A DNA stretch of 35,829 nt, taken from the IMG/VR virus record IMGVR_UViG_3300020062_000003, positions 1 through 35,829 of that record; one strand, written 5' to 3'. Origin of the DNA: a virus. Numbering within the stretch: position 1 is the stretch's first letter; the number at the start of each line of letters is the position of its first letter. The notes under the pieces are model-generated. The model had not been told where the DNA came from. It saw nothing but the letters and a program-made list of their open reading frames with translations, and searched no databases. Made by a program: the position numbers and the translations under genes. Shown here in pieces: positions 1-7,914 of this stretch.

Positions 1-127
1 GGATATTGCAGTAGTACTAAATTGTTTCGAGGAGTTAGCTAAAACAATTTACTTTTTCTTCTTAGATACTTTTCTAGCTTCACTTAAAGCAATAGCAATA
101 GCTTGTTTAGGATTTTTAACTACCGGA
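1..127. repeat. Terminal overlap identical to 35703-35829 (circular closure or direct terminal repeat)
   Basis: Read directly: ggatattgcagtagtactaaattg...gatttttaactaccgga is present at both window ends, 127/127 identical. Confidence 0.95.
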
Positions 128-300
128 CCTTTCTTAGACCCACTATGTAGTTTATGCTCTTTGAACTCATGCATCACTTTTTCAACTTTATCATGCTTCT
201 TAACTTTAGCTTTAGAAACTTTTTTCATTACTTTGTGAGCTTTTTTAGCAATTTTTTTATCTTTTTTATGATGATCGTCATGATCACATTTGTACTTCAT
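49..300 (-). CDS. Small, highly basic Lys/His-rich protein (83 aa) with a conserved C-terminal motif VMHEFKEHKLHSGSKKGPVVKNPKQAIAIALSEARK
   Basis: ORF track. The C-terminal HEFK..L.SGS..G..V...KQAIAIALSEAR string resembles a widespread small bacterial DUF family; I am not sure of the accession. About one third of residues are K. Its 3' end lies inside the 127-bp terminal overlap. Confidence 0.6.
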   Translation of the reverse strand: MKYKCDHDDHHKKDKKIAKKAHKVMKKVSKAKVKKHDKVEKVMHEFKEHKLHSGSKKGPVVKNPKQAIAIALSEARKVSKKKK

Positions 301-349
301 ACTAGTCCTTTTACACTAAAAGTGCATATTTTTATTTATTATTTTTAAT

Positions 350-390
350 GTAGGAGCAACTATCTACAGTTTATAGATAGTTGCTCCTAC
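350..390 (-). other. Perfect 17-bp stem / 7-nt loop hairpin between two small leftward genes
   Basis: gtaggagcaactatcta (350-366), loop cagttta, tagatagttgctcctac (374-390). No U-tract follows on either strand. Confidence 0.6.
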
Positions 391-394
391 AAAG

Positions 395-544
395 TTACTG
401 AGCAGTAGAACTATCGCGGAACCATTCCCTAATCTTTTCCGGAGACGGTTTTTTTTGATTATCTTGTCGTTTGTCTTTTGGAGTATTAAGAATTTTGTAT
501 GCGATTTTCATACATTGTTCATTAGGTCTTGGAGCTCCTGGCAT
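395..544 (-). CDS. Hypothetical 49-aa protein, below the ORF-track size cutoff
   Basis: ATG at 544-542 lies 5 nt after AAGGAG (complement of 550-555). My own translation: MPGAPRPNEQCMKIAYKILNTPKDKRQDNQKKPSPEKIREWFRDSSTAQ, stop TAA at 397-395. It fills an otherwise non-coding gap. Confidence 0.4.
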   Translation of the reverse strand: MPGAPRPNEQCMKIAYKILNTPKDKRQDNQKKPSPEKIREWFRDSSTAQ

Positions 545-553
545 GAGTTCTCC

Positions 554-970
554 TTAGTATTTCTTAGGTTCCATTTCGCGGCCAAAGTCTGCATAATCTT
601 CATGCATTTGTTTTTGAGCGCCATAAAATAAATCATCTACATAACCCATATGATAATTAGCAGCTCTTGGCCAGTATTCATCAATCACATTACGTGGAAG
701 CAAGCACGGTGCGGACATATCTTCTCTGATCATAGCTCCGTCACGAGCCATCATTCTACGGCTTTCTTTATGACCAGAATATGATTCACGTGCTTCCAAA
801 CCACTTACTGTGTTAGGCACTGGATCGCTATTATCATAACGACGCTTCATACCTTCACTATAAAAGCCTGCTTTTTCACTAGAGCGGCTGCTCGGATGAC
901 CCATTTCATTGAACTCACGACGCGCCATCATCCCACGTCCATCACCATTGTGATATTTTTTCTTTGCCAT
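554..970 (-). CDS. Hypothetical protein (138 aa) downstream of the portal; possible virion or head-associated protein
   Basis: ORF track 554-1009. I prefer the start at MAKKKYHNGD (ATG 970) because GGAG lies 6-9 nt upstream. No family recognised. Confidence 0.55.
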   Translation of the reverse strand: MAKKKYHNGDGRGMMARREFNEMGHPSSRSSEKAGFYSEGMKRRYDNSDPVPNTVSGLEARESYSGHKESRRMMARDGAMIREDMSAPCLLPRNVIDEYWPRAANYHMGYVDDLFYGAQKQMHEDYADFGREMEPKKY

Positions 971-1038
971 AGTCGGCTCCTTCGTTAGAAACTGCGCTAT
1001 TATGCGCAAGGTATCACCTCTATCTAACCATTTCAGAA

Positions 1039-3075
1039 CTACTCTGAAGAGGCTTGAGGAGAATTTATTTCTTCTTCTTTGATAGCTTCTTGTTGTTTAA
1101 TCATCTGCTGTATAGATATTATCTGTTGTAAGTGGCTAATGTCTATATTTTCTATTTCTTTCATCGCTTTCACAAAATTCAATAATGCCATATTATCATC
1201 TGCAACTGCTTTGGCACGACGTTCAACGCCAAGTGCCTTATTCTCATCAATACGACTAAATCTTTCTGCACCAAGACCTTGGTTAGCCATTGCATGAGCT
1301 TGAGCCAACTGAGTGCGGGCTTCTTGTTCTTGCATAGTAGATTGGATTTGCATTTGCTGTATTTGTTGAGCTTCTTTCTGTTGTTGTTCCATCTTTTGAA
1401 TAATCTCGTCTTTATTCTGTATCGTTGCTGCATCAATAAGGCTTGAATCAGGAATAGGAACACCTATCTCTTTGAGTTGCATAAGTTGAGCAAACTGCAT
1501 CTGTTTTTGAGATTCAGTATTGAATCCCATCTCTACCATACAATGATATTTACCAAATGATTTGTTATAAAATAATGGCGCAGGTTCATCACCCTCAAGT
1601 AAATTCTTAATCTTACCAGGCGTATAGTTATGTTGTATAACCTTCATTACTAATTCACCAAGTAAATTTTGTGAGAAATCAAGTCTATCAAATAGAGGCT
1701 GTAAAGTTGTAAGACCTGCCCCTTGGCGGAGTGCAGATAATATCCCTGCTTTATCATCAAGCGCTGAACCCATAAGTTCTTCATTGATACCAGAGACTAA
1801 GTTCATCTCTTTAGAAAATGTATCCTGTAACTGGAAAAAGTATTGTGGAATATCAGGTGGAGATATCTGTTGGATATCAGTCATTTGCGCTTCTTCCTTT
1901 AATGGAATTATGCGTCCCTGACCTGTTTGAAAGAGATGTTTAACGTCAACGACTGCGTTTTCTTTAAATATCCAACCGCTATTTACTACCGATTCAGCGG
2001 CATCTGCTGACAGTATTATACGACGATTAAATAGAATCTGTGGATCCCTGAGCGATCGGCATATACCCTGTATACGGCTATAAAAATAAGGCATCATTGG
2101 ATTATAATAGCCAAGCACTGGTACAAATGGATATACATCTATATTCAAGCTATTAGGACCATCGTAAAATACTTTATCCTGAATCATGATCGCCATACGA
2201 ACAGTTGGAATATCCTGTTCTATTACAGTAACTTGAGGGTAATGCTCAAGGAAAGTCTTCACATCAAGATCAGATTGATTAGTAATCTCAAACGTCTCAC
2301 CGGTCATTTTATCAACGAGTAATTTTTGTTTTCTATAATCACGATAATAGTATTCATCATACGCAAGTCTATTTTGCTGAGTTTGTCCGAAGCTTTCAGG
2401 CATATATTGGAATCTGCCATCTCTACCTGTTCCTGTTGGATTGCCAGGCAAAGACATAATCTCTTCATATCTGTCAGGCATCAATGCTGCTGCTGCACTA
2501 TGAGATAAATAAGATCTCCTCCAAACAAAAGAACAATCGGATAGATCTGGTTTTCTAAAGTAGGGATCAATAAAGAAACTATTGTATGAACAGTTATCTA
2601 CTTTAAGGTCACCTGAAACAGGATCATTACGATAATCCATATATACGTGAAGCAAATTCATACCAGCAATACATCCACCTTGATGGAATGCCTCAGATAT
2701 GGTTTCATAAACGCCTTCACGCTTATATATATTAAGAAGAACTTTAGTTAATTGATCTGAAGTCTGCTGATCTCCATTTTCTAATGGGACAACAATAGTA
2801 GATTTTCTATTACGACGTTGATAACCAGATACCATGTTACATAAAGGCCTAACACGGTTAAAATAGAAAGACCCTCTATTATTATTGGGCATCGTGGTAT
2901 TAAGTTCTGCCATTAGCGAAGTATCACCCGCTTCAAGACGAGTATCTATTGTAGCCTCAGTCCAATATACCTGCCATATTGCCTGATTGGCGGTATAGTC
3001 AGCATCTATTTTCTTTTTGATGGCGCTATAACCACCACTCATAGAATCTAACGAGTCAGTTTGCCTCATCAACAT
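1039..3075 (-). CDS. Portal protein (678 aa) with a long C-terminal Q-rich helical region
   Basis: Size and position next to the large terminase fit a portal. The helical Q/E-rich C-terminus resembles a podovirus portal barrel. Start moved to MLMRQ (ATG 3075), which follows AGGAGGG + 6 nt. The track start at 3102 has no SD. Confidence 0.75.
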   Translation of the reverse strand: MLMRQTDSLDSMSGGYSAIKKKIDADYTANQAIWQVYWTEATIDTRLEAGDTSLMAELNTTMPNNNRGSFYFNRVRPLCNMVSGYQRRNRKSTIVVPLENGDQQTSDQLTKVLLNIYKREGVYETISEAFHQGGCIAGMNLLHVYMDYRNDPVSGDLKVDNCSYNSFFIDPYFRKPDLSDCSFVWRRSYLSHSAAAALMPDRYEEIMSLPGNPTGTGRDGRFQYMPESFGQTQQNRLAYDEYYYRDYRKQKLLVDKMTGETFEITNQSDLDVKTFLEHYPQVTVIEQDIPTVRMAIMIQDKVFYDGPNSLNIDVYPFVPVLGYYNPMMPYFYSRIQGICRSLRDPQILFNRRIILSADAAESVVNSGWIFKENAVVDVKHLFQTGQGRIIPLKEEAQMTDIQQISPPDIPQYFFQLQDTFSKEMNLVSGINEELMGSALDDKAGILSALRQGAGLTTLQPLFDRLDFSQNLLGELVMKVIQHNYTPGKIKNLLEGDEPAPLFYNKSFGKYHCMVEMGFNTESQKQMQFAQLMQLKEIGVPIPDSSLIDAATIQNKDEIIQKMEQQQKEAQQIQQMQIQSTMQEQEARTQLAQAHAMANQGLGAERFSRIDENKALGVERRAKAVADDNMALLNFVKAMKEIENIDISHLQQIISIQQMIKQQEAIKEEEINSPQASSE

Positions 3076-3159
3076 TTTATACCCTCCTAAAACTCCTTCC
3101 ATAAGAGTCTAGAAAGAAGTCTATAACGTTTTAACATCAATAACCAATATTTACGTCTA

Positions 3160-3525
3160 TTATTTATTCAGAAAATAGAAATCCATAATTTCTTTGAAAC
3201 TAGAATAATTAAAACTATCGTCATCAGCATTAAATTCTATTTCACATTCATGATTTCTTCTGTTCATTCGTAAAGAGAACATACAATCACTATTGTATGC
3301 CACAAATTCTGTTTTATCGTCATGATATTTTAACTCCTCAAACGTATAAACCGTATACTTAGCTGCCCATGAAGCGCAAATGAGAGCTATTTGGAGCATA
3401 GTATTATTTTTATGAGGACACATCGGTACATTTTTATATATATGTACCACACGTAAATCAGATGTGTTTGCGCATAATAGGCTACTAGTTGCAAAAAGGA
3501 AGAGAAAAATCAATTTGTTTTTCAC
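3160..3525 (-). CDS. Secreted Cys-containing protein (121 aa) with an N-terminal signal peptide, between terminase and portal
   Basis: N-terminus KNKLIFLFLFATSSLLCANTS has n-, h- and c-regions. The start is GTG (3525-3523), overlapping the TerL TAG stop by 1 nt. No family recognised. Confidence 0.55.
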   Translation of the reverse strand: MKNKLIFLFLFATSSLLCANTSDLRVVHIYKNVPMCPHKNNTMLQIALICASWAAKYTVYTFEELKYHDDKTEFVAYNSDCMFSLRMNRRNHECEIEFNADDDSFNYSSFKEIMDFYFLNK

Positions 3526-4895
3526 TATTTATACCTGTCATAACGGGAGTCATCTCTAAAAAAGCGAGGTAGGTCTCCCTGGTTCCCATACAACGCTTGT
3601 GCTTTCTTCCTATCAAAGTCTTCTGGAGACATGCCTCGCTTGGCTTTATGAATAGCCACACATAAATATCGTAAACAATCAGCAAAATGTGAAGCCCATG
3701 ATTTAACTGGCTTAGGTAGATACATTTGCTTTGCTTCATCCCATTCTTTGCGATAGTTCTCAAGAGCATCAATAAGCGAACGACACTTTTCAGCGTCAAT
3801 CCAAAACTTATTAAAGTGAGTCCATACATTTTCTATACCATCAATAATACCTATCTGATCAACAAGAGAAAAATTAATGCCGAGCTGGCGTGCCTTTTCA
3901 TAGCGAGTTACCGCTCCCCCCCCCCATTCACGTACTTTAATATCATGGGGAGCAAAATGCTTACTATACGCATAAGGCTTTTCCTGTAATATCTTTACAT
4001 AATGATCAAGACCAAGATTATTATTAGAATAACAATCGATAATACGAATAACACTTCCATCTCCTACAACATTGAAAAATATTATAGTAGTAGCATCATT
4101 AACACCAATATCCCAAGCTGTATAAACAAGCAAACCTGGCTCCCATGGAACATGACCTATCTGTCCTCTCAGTTTTAGCGCATCAAGATGCGTACCATAA
4201 AAACTTCCTGATATACCACGATCAAAACTACACTCATATTCCTGAAGGTAAAGCCCTTCATCCATTTGCGATCGTTCTTGAGATAATACTTCAGTTGGAA
4301 TGTGTCCTATTTCAGATGCCTTATGAACAAATATAGTCCATTCAGGTAACTCTTGCGATATCTTGTAGAGAGAAAAGAGATGATTCTTACCACGAGGTGT
4401 CCCGACAATTGCACACCATCCTCCATTTGCTGCAAGAATAGGTCGTATGAACGAGAAAATGTCTGGTGGCATTAAACTATACTCTGAAAGTATTACCGCG
4501 TAAGGATTAGTTCCTACCAACGAGCTATCGTATGTGTCACCACCAATGATCTGCAATATCGATCCGTTTTTAAATCGTATTTTCATCTCGGACTGATTGA
4601 CACTTTCAACAAGCATACTGGGAAGGTAATCAAGGAACTTAGTTCCATCAATGGCAATGGCATCGAATATAGCTTTACGACCTTGTCCATAGGTTGGCAA
4701 TACATAAAACACTAAGCAGACCCTTTTGATACATTGACGAATGGCAAGATTCCAAAAAAGGATATCCTTACCTGCTCGGCGGCTTGCAATATAGAGTATT
4801 CGCTTAGATTTTTGTTGTTCTATAGTGTCCCATATCTCTTCTTGATACCAACGTAAGGAAAATTTATCTAAAGCTACTTGTACTTCAACGCTCAT
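3525..4895 (-). CDS. terL: Terminase large subunit (456 aa)
   Basis: Walker-A-like ASRRAGKD, IVGTPRGKNHLF, and nuclease-half motifs AWDIGVNDATTIIFF and HFAPHD. Start taken at MSVEVQ (ATG 4895), which overlaps the upstream TAA as TAATG. Confidence 0.9.
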   Translation of the reverse strand: MSVEVQVALDKFSLRWYQEEIWDTIEQQKSKRILYIASRRAGKDILFWNLAIRQCIKRVCLVFYVLPTYGQGRKAIFDAIAIDGTKFLDYLPSMLVESVNQSEMKIRFKNGSILQIIGGDTYDSSLVGTNPYAVILSEYSLMPPDIFSFIRPILAANGGWCAIVGTPRGKNHLFSLYKISQELPEWTIFVHKASEIGHIPTEVLSQERSQMDEGLYLQEYECSFDRGISGSFYGTHLDALKLRGQIGHVPWEPGLLVYTAWDIGVNDATTIIFFNVVGDGSVIRIIDCYSNNNLGLDHYVKILQEKPYAYSKHFAPHDIKVREWGGGAVTRYEKARQLGINFSLVDQIGIIDGIENVWTHFNKFWIDAEKCRSLIDALENYRKEWDEAKQMYLPKPVKSWASHFADCLRYLCVAIHKAKRGMSPEDFDRKKAQALYGNQGDLPRFFRDDSRYDRYK

Positions 4896-5137
4896 TAAAG
4901 TTTCCACAATAAATTTTTTCCACAAAACATACAATGAAAAAGCTCTAAACAAACCCCAGGTATAGGATGAACCACATAATAAGTTTTACATTTATCATCG
5001 TAGCTAAATGTATCAGGACGAACTTCCAATGCTTTCTCCATAGTCAAACAGCAATGAGGCCCTTTGTAATCCTGTGTTGTTTGTTCAATTCTTCTATCTA
5101 TCGCTTCATACCATTCTTTATATTCTTCATCATTCAT
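4895..5137 (-). CDS. Small Cys/His-rich protein (80 aa), possibly zinc-binding
   Basis: ORF track. HCC..C..C..HCMFC pattern. ATGA overlap with the upstream gene and TAATG overlap with terL. Confidence 0.5.
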   Translation of the reverse strand: MNDEEYKEWYEAIDRRIEQTTQDYKGPHCCLTMEKALEVRPDTFSYDDKCKTYYVVHPIPGVCLELFHCMFCGKNLLWKL

Positions 5138-5340
5138 TGCTTACTCAATTCCTCAAAACCAATAACACAACGTTTACATTGCTGCCCAAACTCTGAATCT
5201 ATACATTCAGAACATGTCATATCTTTCATATCGCAAAGGGTAATCAATTGGATATGGAAGAAGTCTTTATACTTTTCATTCGTCTGTTGTAACATTGCAC
5301 GTAATTCATTAATAAGTTGTAGCTCTAAATGATCATTCAT
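5134..5340 (-). CDS. Small CxxC...CxxC zinc-ribbon-like protein (68 aa)
   Basis: ORF track. C36, C43-x2-C46 and C55-x2-C58. Overlapping start and stop codons with both neighbours. Confidence 0.5.
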   Translation of the reverse strand: MNDHLELQLINELRAMLQQTNEKYKDFFHIQLITLCDMKDMTCSECIDSEFGQQCKRCVIGFEELSKQ

Positions 5341-5602
5341 GAGATATCACCTTTATCGTACCGCGATCACGTTTAGCTTTTAATTTATCAGAACGCTTCT
5401 TTCTGCGAACCTGTATTTTGTCTTTTAACAAATGATTCTCTTTCTCAAGAGTATCTATCTTCTGCTCAAGTTCAAATGCTTGGTAATCGTTAATTGCTTT
5501 AAGTTCTTGAATTTGGTTGATCAGTTTCAATGTTTCTTGATGAGCTTCATCTTTACATTTCTCATGATTAAAAAACATATAACTACAGAGTGACTTAATC
5601 AT
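5333..5602 (-). CDS. Small coiled-coil protein (89 aa) with a basic C-terminus
   Basis: ORF track. Heptad-like LINQIQELKAINDYQAFELEQKIDTLEKENHLLKDKI followed by RRKKRSDKLKAKRDR. ATGA overlap with the terS stop. Confidence 0.5.
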   Translation of the reverse strand: MIKSLCSYMFFNHEKCKDEAHQETLKLINQIQELKAINDYQAFELEQKIDTLEKENHLLKDKIQVRRKKRSDKLKAKRDRGTIKVISHE

Positions 5603-6126
5603 TCTTTCTCCTCAACTGTCAATAACTTGTCGATAGCTCCTGACATCTCTTCTCTACTTACAATACGAGGTTTAGCATCATTGATAATAAACGTATGGGA
5701 TTGCTTAGCTTCTTCAGTCTTCATATCAGAATGATACTTGTTAATTTCAAGCCATTCAGGATCATATTTATGGAGATCCTTAAACACAACATCCTTATCA
5801 AACTTACGAACAAGCGCTCCCTTTTTTCTACGAGATGCTATCATCAAACGTGCTTGATCGAGAGCTTCTTTGATCTCTGGGTATTTATTAGCCCAATCAT
5901 AAATTGTTGAGCGACGCATTTTCATCTCAATAGCGAAATCCGTAATCTCTAAACTATCTTCTTTAGAAGCCCATTCTAAAATGGTACATATAAATCTTTT
6001 ACGCCAATCTTGTTTCTCTGGAAAGAACATAAATGAGTCGTTATTGATGAAATCACGCCACGTTCGCGTATTTGTCAGGGGTTGAATATCTATGTTATCT
6101 TTAGGCATTTCTTTTTCTTTTGCCAT
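5599..6126 (-). CDS. terS: Terminase small subunit-like protein (175 aa) with HTH
   Basis: ITDFAIEMKMRRSTIYDWANKYPEIKEALDQARLMIASR matches the HTH plus ...W...yPEf.eA...A pattern common in phage small terminases. It lies upstream of terL in the same operon. Confidence 0.6.
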   Translation of the reverse strand: MAKEKEMPKDNIDIQPLTNTRTWRDFINNDSFMFFPEKQDWRKRFICTILEWASKEDSLEITDFAIEMKMRRSTIYDWANKYPEIKEALDQARLMIASRRKKGALVRKFDKDVVFKDLHKYDPEWLEINKYHSDMKTEEAKQSHTFIINDAKPRIVSREEMSGAIDKLLTVEEKE

Positions 6127-6127
6127 A

Positions 6128-6514
6128 TTATTCTACCTCAGTAATTACTAACTCCGTTCTAGGTTCTTTATCATACACTTTTTTCATGGACAGTGAACAG
6201 ATTACGCGAATGTCTGTTATCAATATATCTTTAATAGCATCAAGGAAAAACTTGTAAAGACAGTCGAGGGATGGAGTTATAGTGTGATGAAGTGGAATTG
6301 GTTTATCTTTAACTTGTTTAGGGAAAGGTATATAGAATGTGACGTCAATGTGAATAGGTTTACTGAAAAGAGGTTCTTCATTATGTTGTTGACTGAGATA
6401 TAATCCAAAACAAACTTTATCTCGTGTATGTGCATCATAGGATCGACTTCCATTACGCACTACACGATGCCATGCTATTGGAGCTATTTTGATACGGTAT
6501 GACTTGCTTCTCAC
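6128..6514 (-). CDS. rusA: RusA-like Holliday junction resolvase (128 aa)
   Basis: Size, N-terminal IKIAPIAWHR...IHIDVTFYIPFP and C-terminal acidic motif SLDCLYKFFLDAIKD..ITDIRV resemble RusA (D.DN..K...DA....DD). The first Asp of the motif is not conserved. GTG start follows AGGGAGAG. Confidence 0.55.
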   Translation of the reverse strand: MRSKSYRIKIAPIAWHRVVRNGSRSYDAHTRDKVCFGLYLSQQHNEEPLFSKPIHIDVTFYIPFPKQVKDKPIPLHHTITPSLDCLYKFFLDAIKDILITDIRVICSLSMKKVYDKEPRTELVITEVE

Positions 6515-7544
6515 TACTACTCTCCCTTAGTAAATTAATTTTTTGCTTCAAACTATCAATAGTTCTTTTATCGAAAAGAGATCCACCATACATGGAAAAT
6601 CTTTCTTCTCTTTTAATCAGTTCTTTATTTAATTTAACAAGCTGATCATACGATGATAATTTTCGATTATTGTTTGGCGCATGGCATTGTCCTCGTTGCA
6701 CAGAGGATGACTCCTTGGCAGGCTTGATTGATATACCCAAAATATCACAAATATAATAATACCATTTCCAATCAGGCTTCATGTTGTTGTTAGCGCAATA
6801 TTGAGTAGCAAACAACAATATCCATTCCATTCTGTTAGGTGCATGGGGAACTTTCTTGCTGGCAATAGCATATTCTATCTCCTGCTGCACATGCTCAAGT
6901 GTTTCCTCAGTAAAAGCTACAAGTTTAAACCGTTCTTTTTCATCAAGGGTAAGAGTTTTAGCAATCTTTTCGATAGTGGGAGTGATAATTCGTTCCATTA
7001 TTTTTGGTGAATTTATAATTTCTTTAAGCTTGGGGTTATTACGCTGGTTCAAAATCATTTGTTTTTGAACGGCATTCATTTTTTCTCCTTTTTTTAGGAT
7101 CCTTTTTATTTTTTTTTGTATATTGTCTCGTGTGTGCGTGTAAGAGACATACACTCTTCTAAATAAACTATCTAAGATAAGATTACTCTTATTAGGGGTA
7201 TCATATTCTGACTGAAAGATTCTTTTGTTTTTATGATCAACTATCATTCCAAATGTATAGTTATTAGAAGTATATTGATTCTCTTGATATTTGGTTATAA
7301 AACCATCTTTCTGGAATTTATTAGTAGCACGAATTACGGTGATAACAGAACAGCCAACAGCATTAGCTATCCTCTTATTAGAAAGCTTTATCCATGGATA
7401 TCTTTGATAGTTACGAATGTATTGAGAAATTTTAAGTTGAGTTGCAGTATAATGATCAATCTGTGAATCTTTTTGGGAAAAGCTCTTAGTTAATAAGCTT
7501 TTATTTGTTTTTGATACTTGATTTATTCTATTGTTGTGATACAT
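6453..7544 (-). CDS. HTH/winged-helix protein (363 aa), candidate replication initiator or early regulator
   Basis: LSNKRIANAVGCSVITVIRATNKFQKDGFI looks like an HTH. The position upstream of rusA fits a phage replication module. No helicase or primase motifs seen. Overlaps the rusA start by 62 nt. Confidence 0.45.
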   Translation of the reverse strand: MYHNNRINQVSKTNKSLLTKSFSQKDSQIDHYTATQLKISQYIRNYQRYPWIKLSNKRIANAVGCSVITVIRATNKFQKDGFITKYQENQYTSNNYTFGMIVDHKNKRIFQSEYDTPNKSNLILDSLFRRVYVSYTHTRDNIQKKIKRILKKGEKMNAVQKQMILNQRNNPKLKEIINSPKIMERIITPTIEKIAKTLTLDEKERFKLVAFTEETLEHVQQEIEYAIASKKVPHAPNRMEWILLFATQYCANNNMKPDWKWYYYICDILGISIKPAKESSSVQRGQCHAPNNNRKLSSYDQLVKLNKELIKREERFSMYGGSLFDKRTIDSLKQKINLLRESSSEKQVIPYQNSSNSMASCSA

Positions 7545-7633
7545 TTATAATATGTTTCGGTTATTGGACATAAATTGTCATTGGTTGTGGTAGATTATTG
7601 ATGTTATGTTTCCTTTTATAAAAACTAAATGTA

Positions 7634-7655
7634 AGGACGGGTGTAAACTCGTCCT
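7634..7655 (-). terminator. Weak stem-loop after the 66-aa gene (possible leftward attenuator)
   Basis: aggacg (7634-7639) / cgtcct (7650-7655). On the minus strand it is followed by a moderately U-rich stretch. Confidence 0.3.
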
Positions 7656-7712
7656 ATATATTTAATCGTTAAATACTCGACGACTATATTCTATTAAATC
7701 CTAAATATTTGT

Positions 7713-7913
7713 CTACAGAAAAGTAAGTACCCATTCATTTTCAGCAAGTATTTCAGGAGCATTACTTTCAAAGTAAACTACTTCATTTTTTTCAACTAAT
7801 TTCCACATCGGTGCATCAGTATCGTAAGGTCCATGATCTTCGCAGCGATAAATAGATATACGTAGACCTCTTAGACAAGAATCCGCTAATTTATCACACT
7901 TATCACATTTCAT
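7713..7913 (-). CDS. Small Cys-rich protein (66 aa)
   Basis: ORF track. MKCDKCDKLADSC...CEDH pattern. Tightly abuts the ERF stop. Confidence 0.5.
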   Translation of the reverse strand: MKCDKCDKLADSCLRGLRISIYRCEDHGPYDTDAPMWKLVEKNEVVYFESNAPEILAENEWVLTFL

Positions 7914-7914
7914 A

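Noticed and set aside
1-127. Interpreting the 127-bp end duplication as a proven biological direct terminal repeat or cos-type end
   Set aside because: The length equals a commonly used maximal assembler k-mer and the repeat cuts through a gene and a hairpin. Circular-assembly overlap is the more parsimonious reading, though a true short DTR cannot be excluded without read-terminus data.
1079-2508. ORFs 1079-1297 (+), 1179-1463 (-) and 2326-2508 (+) inside the portal gene
   Set aside because: Out-of-frame or antisense ORFs within a long, well-supported gene. Their composition is typical of AT-rich spurious frames.
3485-3989. ORFs 3485-3829 (minus, 114 aa) and 3726-3989 (plus, 87 aa) overlapping terL; similarly 4145-4336 and 4967-5332
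   Set aside because: They lie in alternative frames or on the antisense strand of a confidently identified terminase gene, with no RBS and low-complexity products.
6801-7466. Plus-strand ORFs 6801-7010, 6856-7068 and 7233-7466 opposite the 363-aa HTH gene
   Set aside because: Antisense to a continuous 363-codon ORF. Their hydrophobic, Phe/Ile-rich products are typical of the reverse complement of Lys/Asn/Glu-rich AT-rich genes, and they have no RBS.
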